Origin: a virus
Lineage: Duplodnaviria > Caudoviricetes
Strand: one strand, 5' to 3'
IMG/VR virus record: IMGVR_UViG_3300034160_000067
Location: 1-55,232 of that record
Length of the DNA: 55,232 nucleotides
Made by a program: the position numbers and the translations under genes. Positions 7,975 to 16,500 of the stretch are shown one piece after another. Under the pieces are notes generated by a model. The model was given only the letters and a program-made list of their open reading frames with translations. It had not been told where the DNA came from and ran no database searches. The first letter of the stretch is position 1, and each line of letters starts with the position of its first letter.

Positions 7975-8213
7975 CACCCAAAGGCATCGAGTTCGGGGAA
8001 CGCTACGCAGACGAGAGCGGCTGGGCGCGTCACCTTGTGATCGACGTTCACGCGGAGCGGGTCACCATAGACTTGAACGGCGGCGAGAATCGCGTGACGC
8101 TCGATGATCTGTGGTGGCTGGTGCGCGCAGCCCTAGTGGCCCGCGACAAGCTGGGCATGGATGTGCTTTGCACTGCTGGCCCCGCCTCAGATGCTCCGGG
8201 AGAGAAGCCATGA
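7971..8213 (+). CDS. Hypothetical cassette protein
   Basis: MTPKGIEFGE...GPASDAPGEKP; starts in repeat A, ends in repeat B. Confidence 0.7.
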   Translation: MTPKGIEFGERYADESGWARHLVIDVHAERVTIDLNGGENRVTLDDLWWLVRAALVARDKLGMDVLCTAGPASDAPGEKP

Positions 8214-8806
8214 GCGACGAAATCAAGTACCCGGCCCGCGTCGGGCTGAGTCTTATGTCAGCGCTGGAACAACAGCGCGACGATGCGCGTGCGGAAGTCG
8301 TCGCCCTGCGCGCCGAGGTCGCGGCGCTGCACAACTCCCACGCATTGCACATAGACCTATCGACGGAACTGGCGCAGGAAAACGTGGCGCTGCGGGCGGC
8401 GCTGGGGAATCTGTACGACCTCGTTGAGAACGGCCCGGAATGCTACGAGAATCCCGAGTCGCAGGACGGCTACATCGGTCGCGCGGTGCTAATTTCAGAA
8501 GCCGATGAGAATGCAATCATTGCGCTGTTGAGAGCATCTGGTCAGCAGCAGCCCGGCCCCGCCACCGATGCTCCGGGAGAGAAGCCATGAGCGACGTAGA
8601 GCGCCGAGACATCTGGATCGAGGACTGGAAAAAGGCGAATCTAGAGGCGGTGAAAGCATCCGACTACGACGCCCTGCGGGCCGAGGTCGAGCGGCTGCGG
8701 GCGGCGCTTGCGACGCTATACGGACGCACAGTGAGTGTCGATATATCAGCGGCAGAAGAACAGGAAATCCTAGCCCTGATCGACATGCGAGCATCTGGTC
8801 AGCAGC
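8178..8806 (+). repeat. Gene-junction repeat family B
   Basis: 42-bp repeat with 2 mismatches at 8178-8219 and 8555-8596 (GGCCCCGCCnCnGATGCTCCGGGAGAGAAGCCATGAGCGACG); 18-bp GAGCATCTGGTCAGCAGC at 8532-8549 and 8789-8806. Confidence 0.9.
8210..8590 (+). CDS. Hypothetical coiled-coil cassette protein
   Basis: MSDEIKYPA...GPATDAPGEKP; bounded by repeat B. Confidence 0.75.
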   Translation: MSDEIKYPARVGLSLMSALEQQRDDARAEVVALRAEVAALHNSHALHIDLSTELAQENVALRAALGNLYDLVENGPECYENPESQDGYIGRAVLISEADENAIIALLRASGQQQPGPATDAPGEKP

Positions 8807-8826
8807 CAGAATCTCAGTCGCGATGA
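8587..8826 (+). CDS. Hypothetical coiled-coil protein, partial paralogue of the preceding gene
   Basis: Shares ALRAEV, LRAAL..LY, IS.A.E..I.AL and RASGQQ with 8210..8590. Confidence 0.75.
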   Translation: MSDVERRDIWIEDWKKANLEAVKASDYDALRAEVERLRAALATLYGRTVSVDISAAEEQEILALIDMRASGQQPESQSR

Positions 8827-9785
8827 TTCCCGTAGACGACGTTTCGGATCTGCGGCGTGGCGACGTTGATGTCGATCCAGTTGTCGCTGAACCGATTCGT
8901 GCCGCGAAGTTCGAAGGTCGTCGTTGAGTTCAACGCGATCGCGCCCTTCGGAATGGTGCCCGTGAGCCTGTCGACGTAGATGCCCTCGAACTCCGAGTCG
9001 TCGACGGTCACGAGCCCGGCGCTCGCCGAGTAGATCCCGCACGACCGAGCGCGCCGGATAACCGTCCGCTTCACGCGAAGCTCGGGGTGCGCGTGCGGCG
9101 AGTCGTACGGGTAGTGGTAGGCCAGCAGCGCGTAGGCCGCGGCGTCGTCCATCGCGGTCGCCCCGGCGTCGTTGATCTCGCAGTCCTCGACGATGCCGCG
9201 CCCACCGGCCCACACCGCGAGGAAGTTCTTGGCATACGCCAGTTCGCCACGACAGCCCCGCACGTCGGCGACGCCCGACCCGTACTGCTGGAACACCGTC
9301 GAGATGTAACGCGTCTCTCCAACCTCCTGCGGCCCACACAGGCCGCCCGGTGCGCTGGTCGCGATCACACCACGCGCGGTCAGGTTGCCGTTCACGTTGT
9401 TCCAGTACGAGCCGAACCCGGTCTGCCAGACCGTGTCGAGGATCACGTCCCCGGCGCCCGTGAGCAGCATGCCCGTGGAGTAGGGGATCGAGCCCGGACC
9501 CGCGCCGATCATCGACAGATTCGAGAGCGCGATGGCCCCCGTATAACGCAGCAGGTTGGCGTCAGGGCGTAGCAGGACGAGTTCCGTCTCCTTGCCCACC
9601 CCCTCGATCCGCGTGCCGTAGGGCACGTCCGTATCGAGCGGGAAGAAGCGTCCGGGGCCGAGCTTCACCGTGCCCCCGGCCTTGATCCGGGCGATCGCGT
9701 CCTCGTTGGCCGCCGCGTCGCAGCCTGCCAGCACGCCCGCGGCCACAGCGGCAGCGACGAACGTGCGGCGGTCGAGCGATCTCAC
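8814..9785 (-). CDS. Tat-signal lipoprotein with a predicted parallel beta-helix (pectate lyase-like) domain
   Basis: GTG overlapping the Rz stop; DRRTFV twin-arginine motif, LAGC lipobox, GGTVKLGPGRF helix cap, repeated short beta strands. Confidence 0.75.
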   Translation of the reverse strand: MRSLDRRTFVAAAVAAGVLAGCDAAANEDAIARIKAGGTVKLGPGRFFPLDTDVPYGTRIEGVGKETELVLLRPDANLLRYTGAIALSNLSMIGAGPGSIPYSTGMLLTGAGDVILDTVWQTGFGSYWNNVNGNLTARGVIATSAPGGLCGPQEVGETRYISTVFQQYGSGVADVRGCRGELAYAKNFLAVWAGGRGIVEDCEINDAGATAMDDAAAYALLAYHYPYDSPHAHPELRVKRTVIRRARSCGIYSASAGLVTVDDSEFEGIYVDRLTGTIPKGAIALNSTTTFELRGTNRFSDNWIDINVATPQIRNVVYGNHRD

Positions 9786-10297
9786 CGGGCGGCTTCCCAA
9801 TCCGCCCAGACCCGGTCGAACCAGCGGTTCAGCGAGTTGAGCCGTTCGGCGTCGCGGGCACAGGCGGCGAAGAACTCTTCAGTAGCTTGTCCAACCGCTC
9901 CAACGCTTTCGGCGACTCCGCTGGCGCCCGCAGGCTCGGCGGTGGCAACGGCAGCGGCGGCACGGCGGCAGGCCGCGAGTCCGGCTTCACTGTGGAGCAG
10001 GCGGCCAGCGATGTCGCGAGCGCGAGCGTCAGCAGCATCGATCTGAGGTTCGAGGGCATCTTGGATCTCCTTGGCGATTTTGTTGGCTCGCGTGACAGCG
10101 GCGTCGACATCCTTCTGGGCCTGCTCGACCGCGAGCTGGTTCGCGGCCCGCTGCTTGTCCCACTGCAGCTGAACGTCAGCCGCCCCTGCGGCTTCGCCGC
10201 GGCCGTAGGCCCACGAGTAAGCCCCCCAGAGCAGAGCCGCCAATAGGGCCGCTCCGGCGATCGGAGGACCGAATTTCTTGAGCAGGAACCACGTCAT
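9782..10297 (-). CDS. Rz: Inner-membrane spanin (i-spanin)
   Basis: N-terminal TMD (IAGAALLAALLWGAYSW) then Ala-rich coiled coil, in lysis cassette. Confidence 0.85.
   Translation of the reverse strand: MTWFLLKKFGPPIAGAALLAALLWGAYSWAYGRGEAAGAADVQLQWDKQRAANQLAVEQAQKDVDAAVTRANKIAKEIQDALEPQIDAADARARDIAGRLLHSEAGLAACRRAAAAVATAEPAGASGVAESVGAVGQATEEFFAACARDAERLNSLNRWFDRVWADWEAAR
9829..10059 (-). CDS. Rz1: Outer-membrane lipoprotein spanin embedded in Rz
   Basis: AAGGAG RBS; MPSNLRSMLLTLALATSLAA-C lipobox; Pro-rich mature part; alternative frame wholly inside Rz. Confidence 0.85.
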   Translation of the reverse strand: MPSNLRSMLLTLALATSLAACSTVKPDSRPAAVPPLPLPPPSLRAPAESPKALERLDKLLKSSSPPVPATPNGSTR

Positions 10298-11325
10298 CGG
10301 CGTTTCCTCAGGAAGGTCAGGTAGTCGGCACCCAGCGAGGTGTCGTGGAAGACCTGCACGCGCGCCGAGGGCGTCGCGTTGGGATCGAGCACGGTGATCA
10401 CCGACGGCGCGATGTGGCGATTCGGGAATCCCTTCTGGCGTGCGTAGTGGTCTTCCAGCTTGTAGGCGCCGAGCTGCACGGCATGGCAGATGTTCCCGCT
10501 GTGGGGCACGGTGAACATCTGGTAGCCGCCCGTGTGGCGGTGGCCGCTGATGATCAGGTCCGCGTTGTGCGTCATCTGCCCGGCGCGCAGGCCGCCGTGC
10601 GAGGGGTTCCAGAAGCTGTGGCCGGGGAAGTCGTGGCGCGCCGCGACGCGGAACTCCTGCCCGCCGGGGAACTGCAGGCGCATCGTGACTTCGTCGGGCT
10701 CGTAGTGCGCGCTCGCGTGCCGCGTGATCCAGCGCAAGGGATCCCCCACGCCGCTCCACGCGTCGTGGTTGCCGCCGATGAGGGCCAGCCAGTGCCCGGC
10801 CTGCTCCTTGACAAACCACTCGACGAGGATCCACGCCTGCGCTTCGGTGGTCTGCTGGCTGCCGTAGAGGGCACCCAGCCGGCCGATCCAGTTGTTGGTC
10901 ATGTCACCAATGGCCGCCGCGTAGAGCCCCGGAGTGCCCTTTACGAGTGCCACGTCGCGCTGTAGCGCGCGGATGTCGCAGCCCGGATCGTCGATGTGCG
11001 GATCGCCGTACCAGAGCACGCCGATCGGCCCGGAGTCGCGCACCGCGATCGGCATCCAGCGCCGGTCGGCGGCGGCCCGCAGGACGCGGTCGGTCTCGCG
11101 CTCGCGCAACGACAGGAGTTCTTCGGCCGTGGGGTTCTCAGAGGTGAGCACGGGAAAGTCCAGCCGAGGCATCTCAGCCTCGTCGGGCCCGGCGCGCTTG
11201 AACCTCCGGGCGATCGTAGTCCCCGCGATCCCGAGGACCCGGCCGGCAGCGTTCATGGAACCGTGGGTCGCCACCGCAATGCGTAGCTCCTCGGTGCTGA
11301 TGGGCGCTGCTCTCTTGTCTCTCAT
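10294..11325 (-). CDS. Calcineurin-like metallophosphoesterase with N-terminal HTH
   Basis: GDPH, GDMTN, GNHD, H and GHRH metal motifs; SMNAAGRVLGIAGTTIARR HTH. Confidence 0.88.
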   Translation of the reverse strand: MRDKRAAPISTEELRIAVATHGSMNAAGRVLGIAGTTIARRFKRAGPDEAEMPRLDFPVLTSENPTAEELLSLRERETDRVLRAAADRRWMPIAVRDSGPIGVLWYGDPHIDDPGCDIRALQRDVALVKGTPGLYAAAIGDMTNNWIGRLGALYGSQQTTEAQAWILVEWFVKEQAGHWLALIGGNHDAWSGVGDPLRWITRHASAHYEPDEVTMRLQFPGGQEFRVAARHDFPGHSFWNPSHGGLRAGQMTHNADLIISGHRHTGGYQMFTVPHSGNICHAVQLGAYKLEDHYARQKGFPNRHIAPSVITVLDPNATPSARVQVFHDTSLGADYLTFLRKRR

Positions 11326-11798
11326 GCGTCACCTGAGTCGTTGAGGCGCATGACCACGATCGGCGGCGCACTGTAGGGGTCGATGCGGCAGGCGATCTCG
11401 ACGGCCTCGGCCGCCGACTTGCCACAATGCATCGCAGCGAGGGCGGCCTTCGATCCGCTGCCGATCGCGTAGAACGGCTCGACGATCTTCTCGGGCCGGC
11501 AGTAGGCGTCCGCTTCGTAGATGCCATCGGACTCGACGATCAGGCAGGTGAAGTCAGCCGAGCCGTAGATGAGCTGATCGGGAACGGCCTCGCCGGAGCC
11601 GTACCAGTCGACGAAGAGCAACGAGGGCGAGGACTCGCCGCTCGTGCCGATGATGACTTCGCGCCGCTGGTCGCCCTCGCCAACGATCTTGCGGTAGAGC
11701 TTCTCGCACTTGAACTTGCGCGCACCGCCGCCTTCGGAGTCGACGGTGACGCGTGAATCCGCGGCGATCCATCCGTCCTTGAACGCGATCGTGGTCAC
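11322..11798 (-). CDS. Ntn-hydrolase, HslV/proteasome beta-subunit-like protein
   Basis: N-terminal (M)TTIA, IAADSRVT, conserved K, YAIGSGS, AVEIACRIDPYS. Confidence 0.85.
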   Translation of the reverse strand: MTTIAFKDGWIAADSRVTVDSEGGGARKFKCEKLYRKIVGEGDQRREVIIGTSGESSPSLLFVDWYGSGEAVPDQLIYGSADFTCLIVESDGIYEADAYCRPEKIVEPFYAIGSGSKAALAAMHCGKSAAEAVEIACRIDPYSAPPIVVMRLNDSGDA

Positions 11799-12064
11799 GG
11801 GGCTACCTTCGACTGGACCTCCGCAATCATCCCGTCCTTCTTCTGCGAACCGTGCGACGAGCCGAGCCAGTATCCGACCACGTCCTTGAATGCGCCCGCG
11901 AGCACGCCGGTCATCACCAACAGAACGTCACGAATGCCTGAGGGGATGTCGCTGCCCTCGAAGTGCAGCAGCACCCACAACGTGACGAAGAATGCGGCGA
12001 GCACGCCGATCGAGATAGCCAGCTGCGCGATGATCCCGAGTCGATTGAGGAAGTTCATGTCCAC
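11795..12064 (-). CDS. Holin-like 2-TM membrane protein
   Basis: Two TMDs and C-terminal GYWLGSSHGSQKKD motif, directly after the endolysin. Confidence 0.75.
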   Translation of the reverse strand: MDMNFLNRLGIIAQLAISIGVLAAFFVTLWVLLHFEGSDIPSGIRDVLLVMTGVLAGAFKDVVGYWLGSSHGSQKKDGMIAEVQSKVAP

Positions 12065-12531
12065 GCTCCAGTTTCAAGAATTCGGATGAGAGGAAGGGCC
12101 CTGCCGTCGCCGACGTCCTTGCGCCACTTCGAGACGCGCAGGCGCCCGCCAGCGCGGGCGAACGCCCCGGCGCGAAGATCGGCGGTCGTGTTCGGGAAGA
12201 GACGAATGAATCGCGCGACGCCGAGGTTGTAGGTGATCTCGGCGAACGCAAACTTGCGCGCGTCGGTCCACGTCAGGACCTCGGGGAAGTTCTCCTGAAG
12301 CTCTCGCTCGACGACATCGATGTCGTTCGAGAGCAGGTGCTCGGCCTCGTCCTTCGTGATGCCGCGGCCGACGAGGTTGCGGCCGTAGCCGATGGTGAGC
12401 CAGCCCTTGACCAGCGTGCCGGGGTTCACGACCTTGCCCGTCGCGTCGTCGTACACCTTCAGCATCAGACCTTCGTGGCCGCTCAGCGAGTGCCGCAGCT
12501 GGTCACGAACGTCGGGCGTCAGAATGTTCAC
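12055..12531 (-). CDS. Endolysin, T4-type (GH24) lysozyme
   Basis: HEG..LKVYDD..G, LTIGYGRNL, YNLGV, SKW motifs. Confidence 0.92.
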   Translation of the reverse strand: MNILTPDVRDQLRHSLSGHEGLMLKVYDDATGKVVNPGTLVKGWLTIGYGRNLVGRGITKDEAEHLLSNDIDVVERELQENFPEVLTWTDARKFAFAEITYNLGVARFIRLFPNTTADLRAGAFARAGGRLRVSKWRKDVGDGRALPLIRILETGAWT

Positions 12532-12791
12532 GCCGGGCCTTTGTCATCGAGCAGGCGATTGAGAATTTCCAGATGCTGGCGCGACATCTGCGTTCGCACC
12601 GTGTCGATCTCTTTGGTGATCTCTCGCAGGTCTTCCTTCGTCACGAAGTGGGCTTCGAGCGAGGCGACTCGCAACGCGAGCGCCTCTTGGCCCTTGCGTT
12701 GCGCGGTGAGCGCGTCTTTCCAGACCCAGCCGAGTACGCCGAGCAGGACCAGACCCAACGCTTTCAGGGCTTCGAAGATTTTGTCTTCCAT
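12528..12791 (-). CDS. Single-TM coiled-coil lysis protein (holin or antiholin candidate)
   Basis: GGAG RBS; LGLVLLGVLGWVW TMD, then FVTKEDL coiled coil; first gene of lysis cassette. Confidence 0.65.
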   Translation of the reverse strand: MEDKIFEALKALGLVLLGVLGWVWKDALTAQRKGQEALALRVASLEAHFVTKEDLREITKEIDTVRTQMSRQHLEILNRLLDDKGPA

Positions 12792-12849
12792 CTCTCCACC
12801 TGACACTCAACAACGCAGACGCATCATAACCTGCAGTTGATTCAAGGGG

Positions 12850-13488
12850 CTAGTAAACATCCCACTCGTTTGTGCCCACTTTGACCAGCGAGATCTCGCC
12901 GTGCTGCGCGCTGACCGCGAGGCCAGAGTCGGAATTCAACGTAACGCCGCCCGTCGGCGACAGCGTCAGCGTGCCCGTGCCTGCGCGGCGATGTGTGACG
13001 CGTGCGCCAATCTTGAAAGGCACTGTCGCGTTCAGCGGCACCGTGACTGTCACCGCGCTACTGCTGGTGAATCGCAGCCACTTACCTTCGTCGGTGAGCG
13101 CCAGCGTCCTTGCTGTTCCAGCATCGGTGATCGTGAGTGCTCGATGCTGCAACTGCCAGTTAGTACCGTCGAAGAGTAGTGTCTCGTCGGTATCTCGAAC
13201 GTAGGTTGTCCAGCCTTCGAGCGGGGTGACCAGAACCCACGCCGCGCCAGTGTAGATCGCGAACTTGTTCGTGTGGCCCGACCACGCGCCGGATGCGCTC
13301 GCCGGGACGACGTAGCGGTCACCTGTGGCCGGCGAGCCCGGCGGGGCGGTGGTGCTGGCCGAGAGCACGTTGGTCTGCACCAGCGCGTCGAGCAGCGCCC
13401 AGTTGTTGTCGACGCCGGCCTTCCAGCCGGACTCGCCGACGCTCCAGCCGGTGTTGACGCCGAGATTGTTCAATGCGGATGAAGGCAT
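12850..13488 (-). CDS. DUF2793-domain tail fibre-associated protein
   Basis: NWALLDALVQ, PPGSPATGDRYVVPASASGAWSGH, W...TPLEGW signature. Confidence 0.88.
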   Translation of the reverse strand: MPSSALNNLGVNTGWSVGESGWKAGVDNNWALLDALVQTNVLSASTTAPPGSPATGDRYVVPASASGAWSGHTNKFAIYTGAAWVLVTPLEGWTTYVRDTDETLLFDGTNWQLQHRALTITDAGTARTLALTDEGKWLRFTSSSAVTVTVPLNATVPFKIGARVTHRRAGTGTLTLSPTGGVTLNSDSGLAVSAQHGEISLVKVGTNEWDVY

Positions 13489-13500
13489 GGTGGTCTCCGA

Positions 13501-16500
13501 TTAGCCGCCCCACGCCGCGTAGCCGGCTTGGGTGTAGATGAAGGATGACTGTCCGATATTGGCCGAGAACTGTGCGCTATCCAGCCCCGAGTCGACCCAC
13601 AACTTCCACGGCAGCGTGGTGTCGATCCCGGTGAGCGTGCGCAACGAGACGTTGTTGATCTTGAACTCTGCGGTCGCCGCAGTGAAATCGATCAGCACGC
13701 CGATCACGTCGTTGAGCACCGGGCCGAAGTCGACCGCGCTGTTGCCGTACAGGTAGAGGCCGTCGGCGCTGCCGTTGTAGGGGGACAAGCGCATCTGGAA
13801 CGTGGGCCAGCCCTGCTGCGGGAAGCTACGCGCGAAGCCCACGATCGTGAATTCCGCATACCGTTTGCCGCTCGACACGAGTCGGGGAATCGGCAGGCCG
13901 TAGGCCGCGTACCGCTGCTTCAGTCCGCTCTTTTCAAACGACGGGACTGCCCCAGAGCTGTAGAAGTTCTCGTCGTTCTTGCCGAAGTAGATCGTCTCGG
14001 GTGATGTGCCGGGCCACTTCAGCACGGGCGAGGAGTCTGCGAGGTAGCTCACGGCGAGCAGCTTGCCTCCGAACTCCTTCGGCTGGCCGACGCGGATCAG
14101 GAACGACGGGCCGCCCGCATCGCTGGTCGTGTTGTCCGCTTTCGAGCCGAGCGTTGCGACGTCGAACGCTGGCCGCGCCAGCGTCCATGACGAGCCGTTC
14201 GCGGTGCGCAATTCGTAAGCCCCCAGCTGCGTCTTGTAGCTGAACAGGATGCACATCTGGCTCGCCGAGACGTGGATCTTCGGCGAGTGCAGCCCCGGCG
14301 GCAGTGAGAGCGCCGTCGACACCTGCGTCCACGTCAGGAAGTCCGTCGAGCTGTAGAGCACTGGGACGTTGGTCTCGGTCGTCCCCGGGCTCGCGATCGC
14401 CCAGTACTTGCCCGCGAAGTACGCACCGTAAGGAGCGCCCATGATATCGATCGTCGCGGCGCTGGACGTCCACGTCACGAGGTCCGTCGACTGCGCGATG
14501 CGGTAGACCGTCGTGTAGCTCGGCCAACTGCCCGTCGTGAAGCCGCCGACTGCAACGTAGTTGGCGCCGACCTTCAGGATTTTCGTCGCAGCGAGTTCGT
14601 TCCACAGGTTGTTGACGACGCTCGCCGTGCCCTTGCGCGTCCAGTTGTCGAGGTTCGTCGACACGAAAATGTCGCGGCCCTCGGCGCAGACCATGACGAA
14701 CTGCGCGCCGTCGAACGTGATCGAGTTGATGCGCCCGCCAGAGATCGCGACGCCGCTGGCCGTGCTCATGTCGGTCTTCGTCCACGCGCCGCCCTCGCGC
14801 CGCTTCCAGTAGTTCGTCGTGAAGTTCGTGGCTGCGAAGTAGCCGTTGCCATACACGAACGTGCATTCGAACGGCGGGATATAGGGCGTCGACGGGCCAT
14901 CCACATCCCATGTGAGCCCGCCGTCGGTGCTGCGATAGCACGCCTCAGTGCTCAGACTGTAGTACGCGCCGTTGATCCACACCGGATAGGGTGTTGGGAT
15001 GAACGCGGACGCGGGCGCCGCGACCGAGCCTCGCGAGACGACCACGCCCAGCGAGCCGCCGCCGTAGTTGTTGTCGTAGCTGAACCCGTAGCCCGTGATG
15101 CCGGCGACATGGACGAACTTCTGGGCACTCTTCAGCGTGCCCTGCTTCGAGTAGAACTCGATGCGCAGGTTCGCGGCTCCGGGGCCGCCGTAGGTGTACG
15201 TGCCTCCCGCTGCCGTGGTCGTGAGGTTCGCCACGGTCGCGAGCAGCGCGCTGGTGTCGTTGTCGTAGACCTCCAGCGTGTAGGTCACGCCTTGTGGCGG
15301 ATCGATGTGCGCGTCCGTCCAGCCGACGAGATCCGTCGTCTGCTGTTCCTTGTTCCGCCCGGACCATGTGATCGTGAAGTTCGTGGCTATCGTGCTCGGG
15401 AAGTAGGCGCCGTTGATCTTCACGTCCGCAGGCGGATACGGGCGCTCCCACCGGCCGTCATGTACGAGGCTCTGCGCAGGCGCGCTCGCGAGCGCGGACT
15501 CGCCGCTCGGAGACCGGCCGACCTCGCGATACCAGCGCGTCTCGCCGCGCACCGCGTCGTCAGTCAGGAGCTGGAAGCCGTGGTCGCCGGAGTAGAACCA
15601 GAGCTTCGAGTTGTCCGCGTGTGCCGCCGGAATCGTGTCGAACACACCGCGCAGGAGCGTGACGGTTGCGCCTGCGACCGACACAACGCCGACCCACTCG
15701 TTGTCCCACAGGGCATAGCCGCCGACGAAGAAGCTCGGGTCGTCCCCCACGATCGTGTCGATCGTCACCACCGTGGCGTTCCACGCCGCCGCGCCATTCA
15801 GCAGGCACGTCGAGGCGTAGCTGCCGGCGCCGAGGTAGCTGTAGTTCGCAGTGACGTTCGTCGCGGCGTCGTACACCGAGAACTGGGAGTTCTGCGGCGC
15901 CGGCCGCTCGGCGAGGATCAGCTCGTAGGAGCTGCCCGGAGCGAGGTCCTGCACGCTCACGTCGCCGAGGATCTGCGCCATCGTGAAGTAGGGCACCTCG
16001 TCGACGCGCACGACGGCGACGGCCGCGGGCGCGCCCGCAGGATCCGTCCAGAGCGTGGTCTGGTTGCCGCCGTAGGTGAGCACGGGCGTCGCGAAGACAT
16101 CCTCGACGGCCTCGACCTTGATCGACGTGTCGGTGTCGCCGCCCTTGCTGACGTTCGTCACGCGCAGGATGAGCTGGTCCAGCCCGTAGTCCGGCCATGT
16201 GACCTTGATCGCGTCGCCCTTGCGCAGGCTCCACGCCGCGCGGTTCGCCGTGAACGAGACCGCGGTGAGTGGCGTGCTCCGCGCGCGCAGGTCGCGCTCG
16301 CCGAGCCGGTAGGCGATGTCGGCGCTTCGCACTCCGGGGTAGGACACCGGCTCGCTGACGATTCCACCCTGTGACTGGATGTTCGCCAGATCCTGAATCG
16401 CGATCGTGGCGTCCTGTTCCGTCTCCGGGTTCGTGTACGTGACGACGATCTCGTTGACCGTCTCACCCCAGAGCGTGCGCTCCTTCTTGTCCATCGACAT

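Noticed and set aside
4221-8826. Repeats as a CRISPR or mini-CRISPR array
   Set aside because: The repeats are separated by whole genes of 190-1000 bp, not 25-45 bp spacers, and there is no cas operon.
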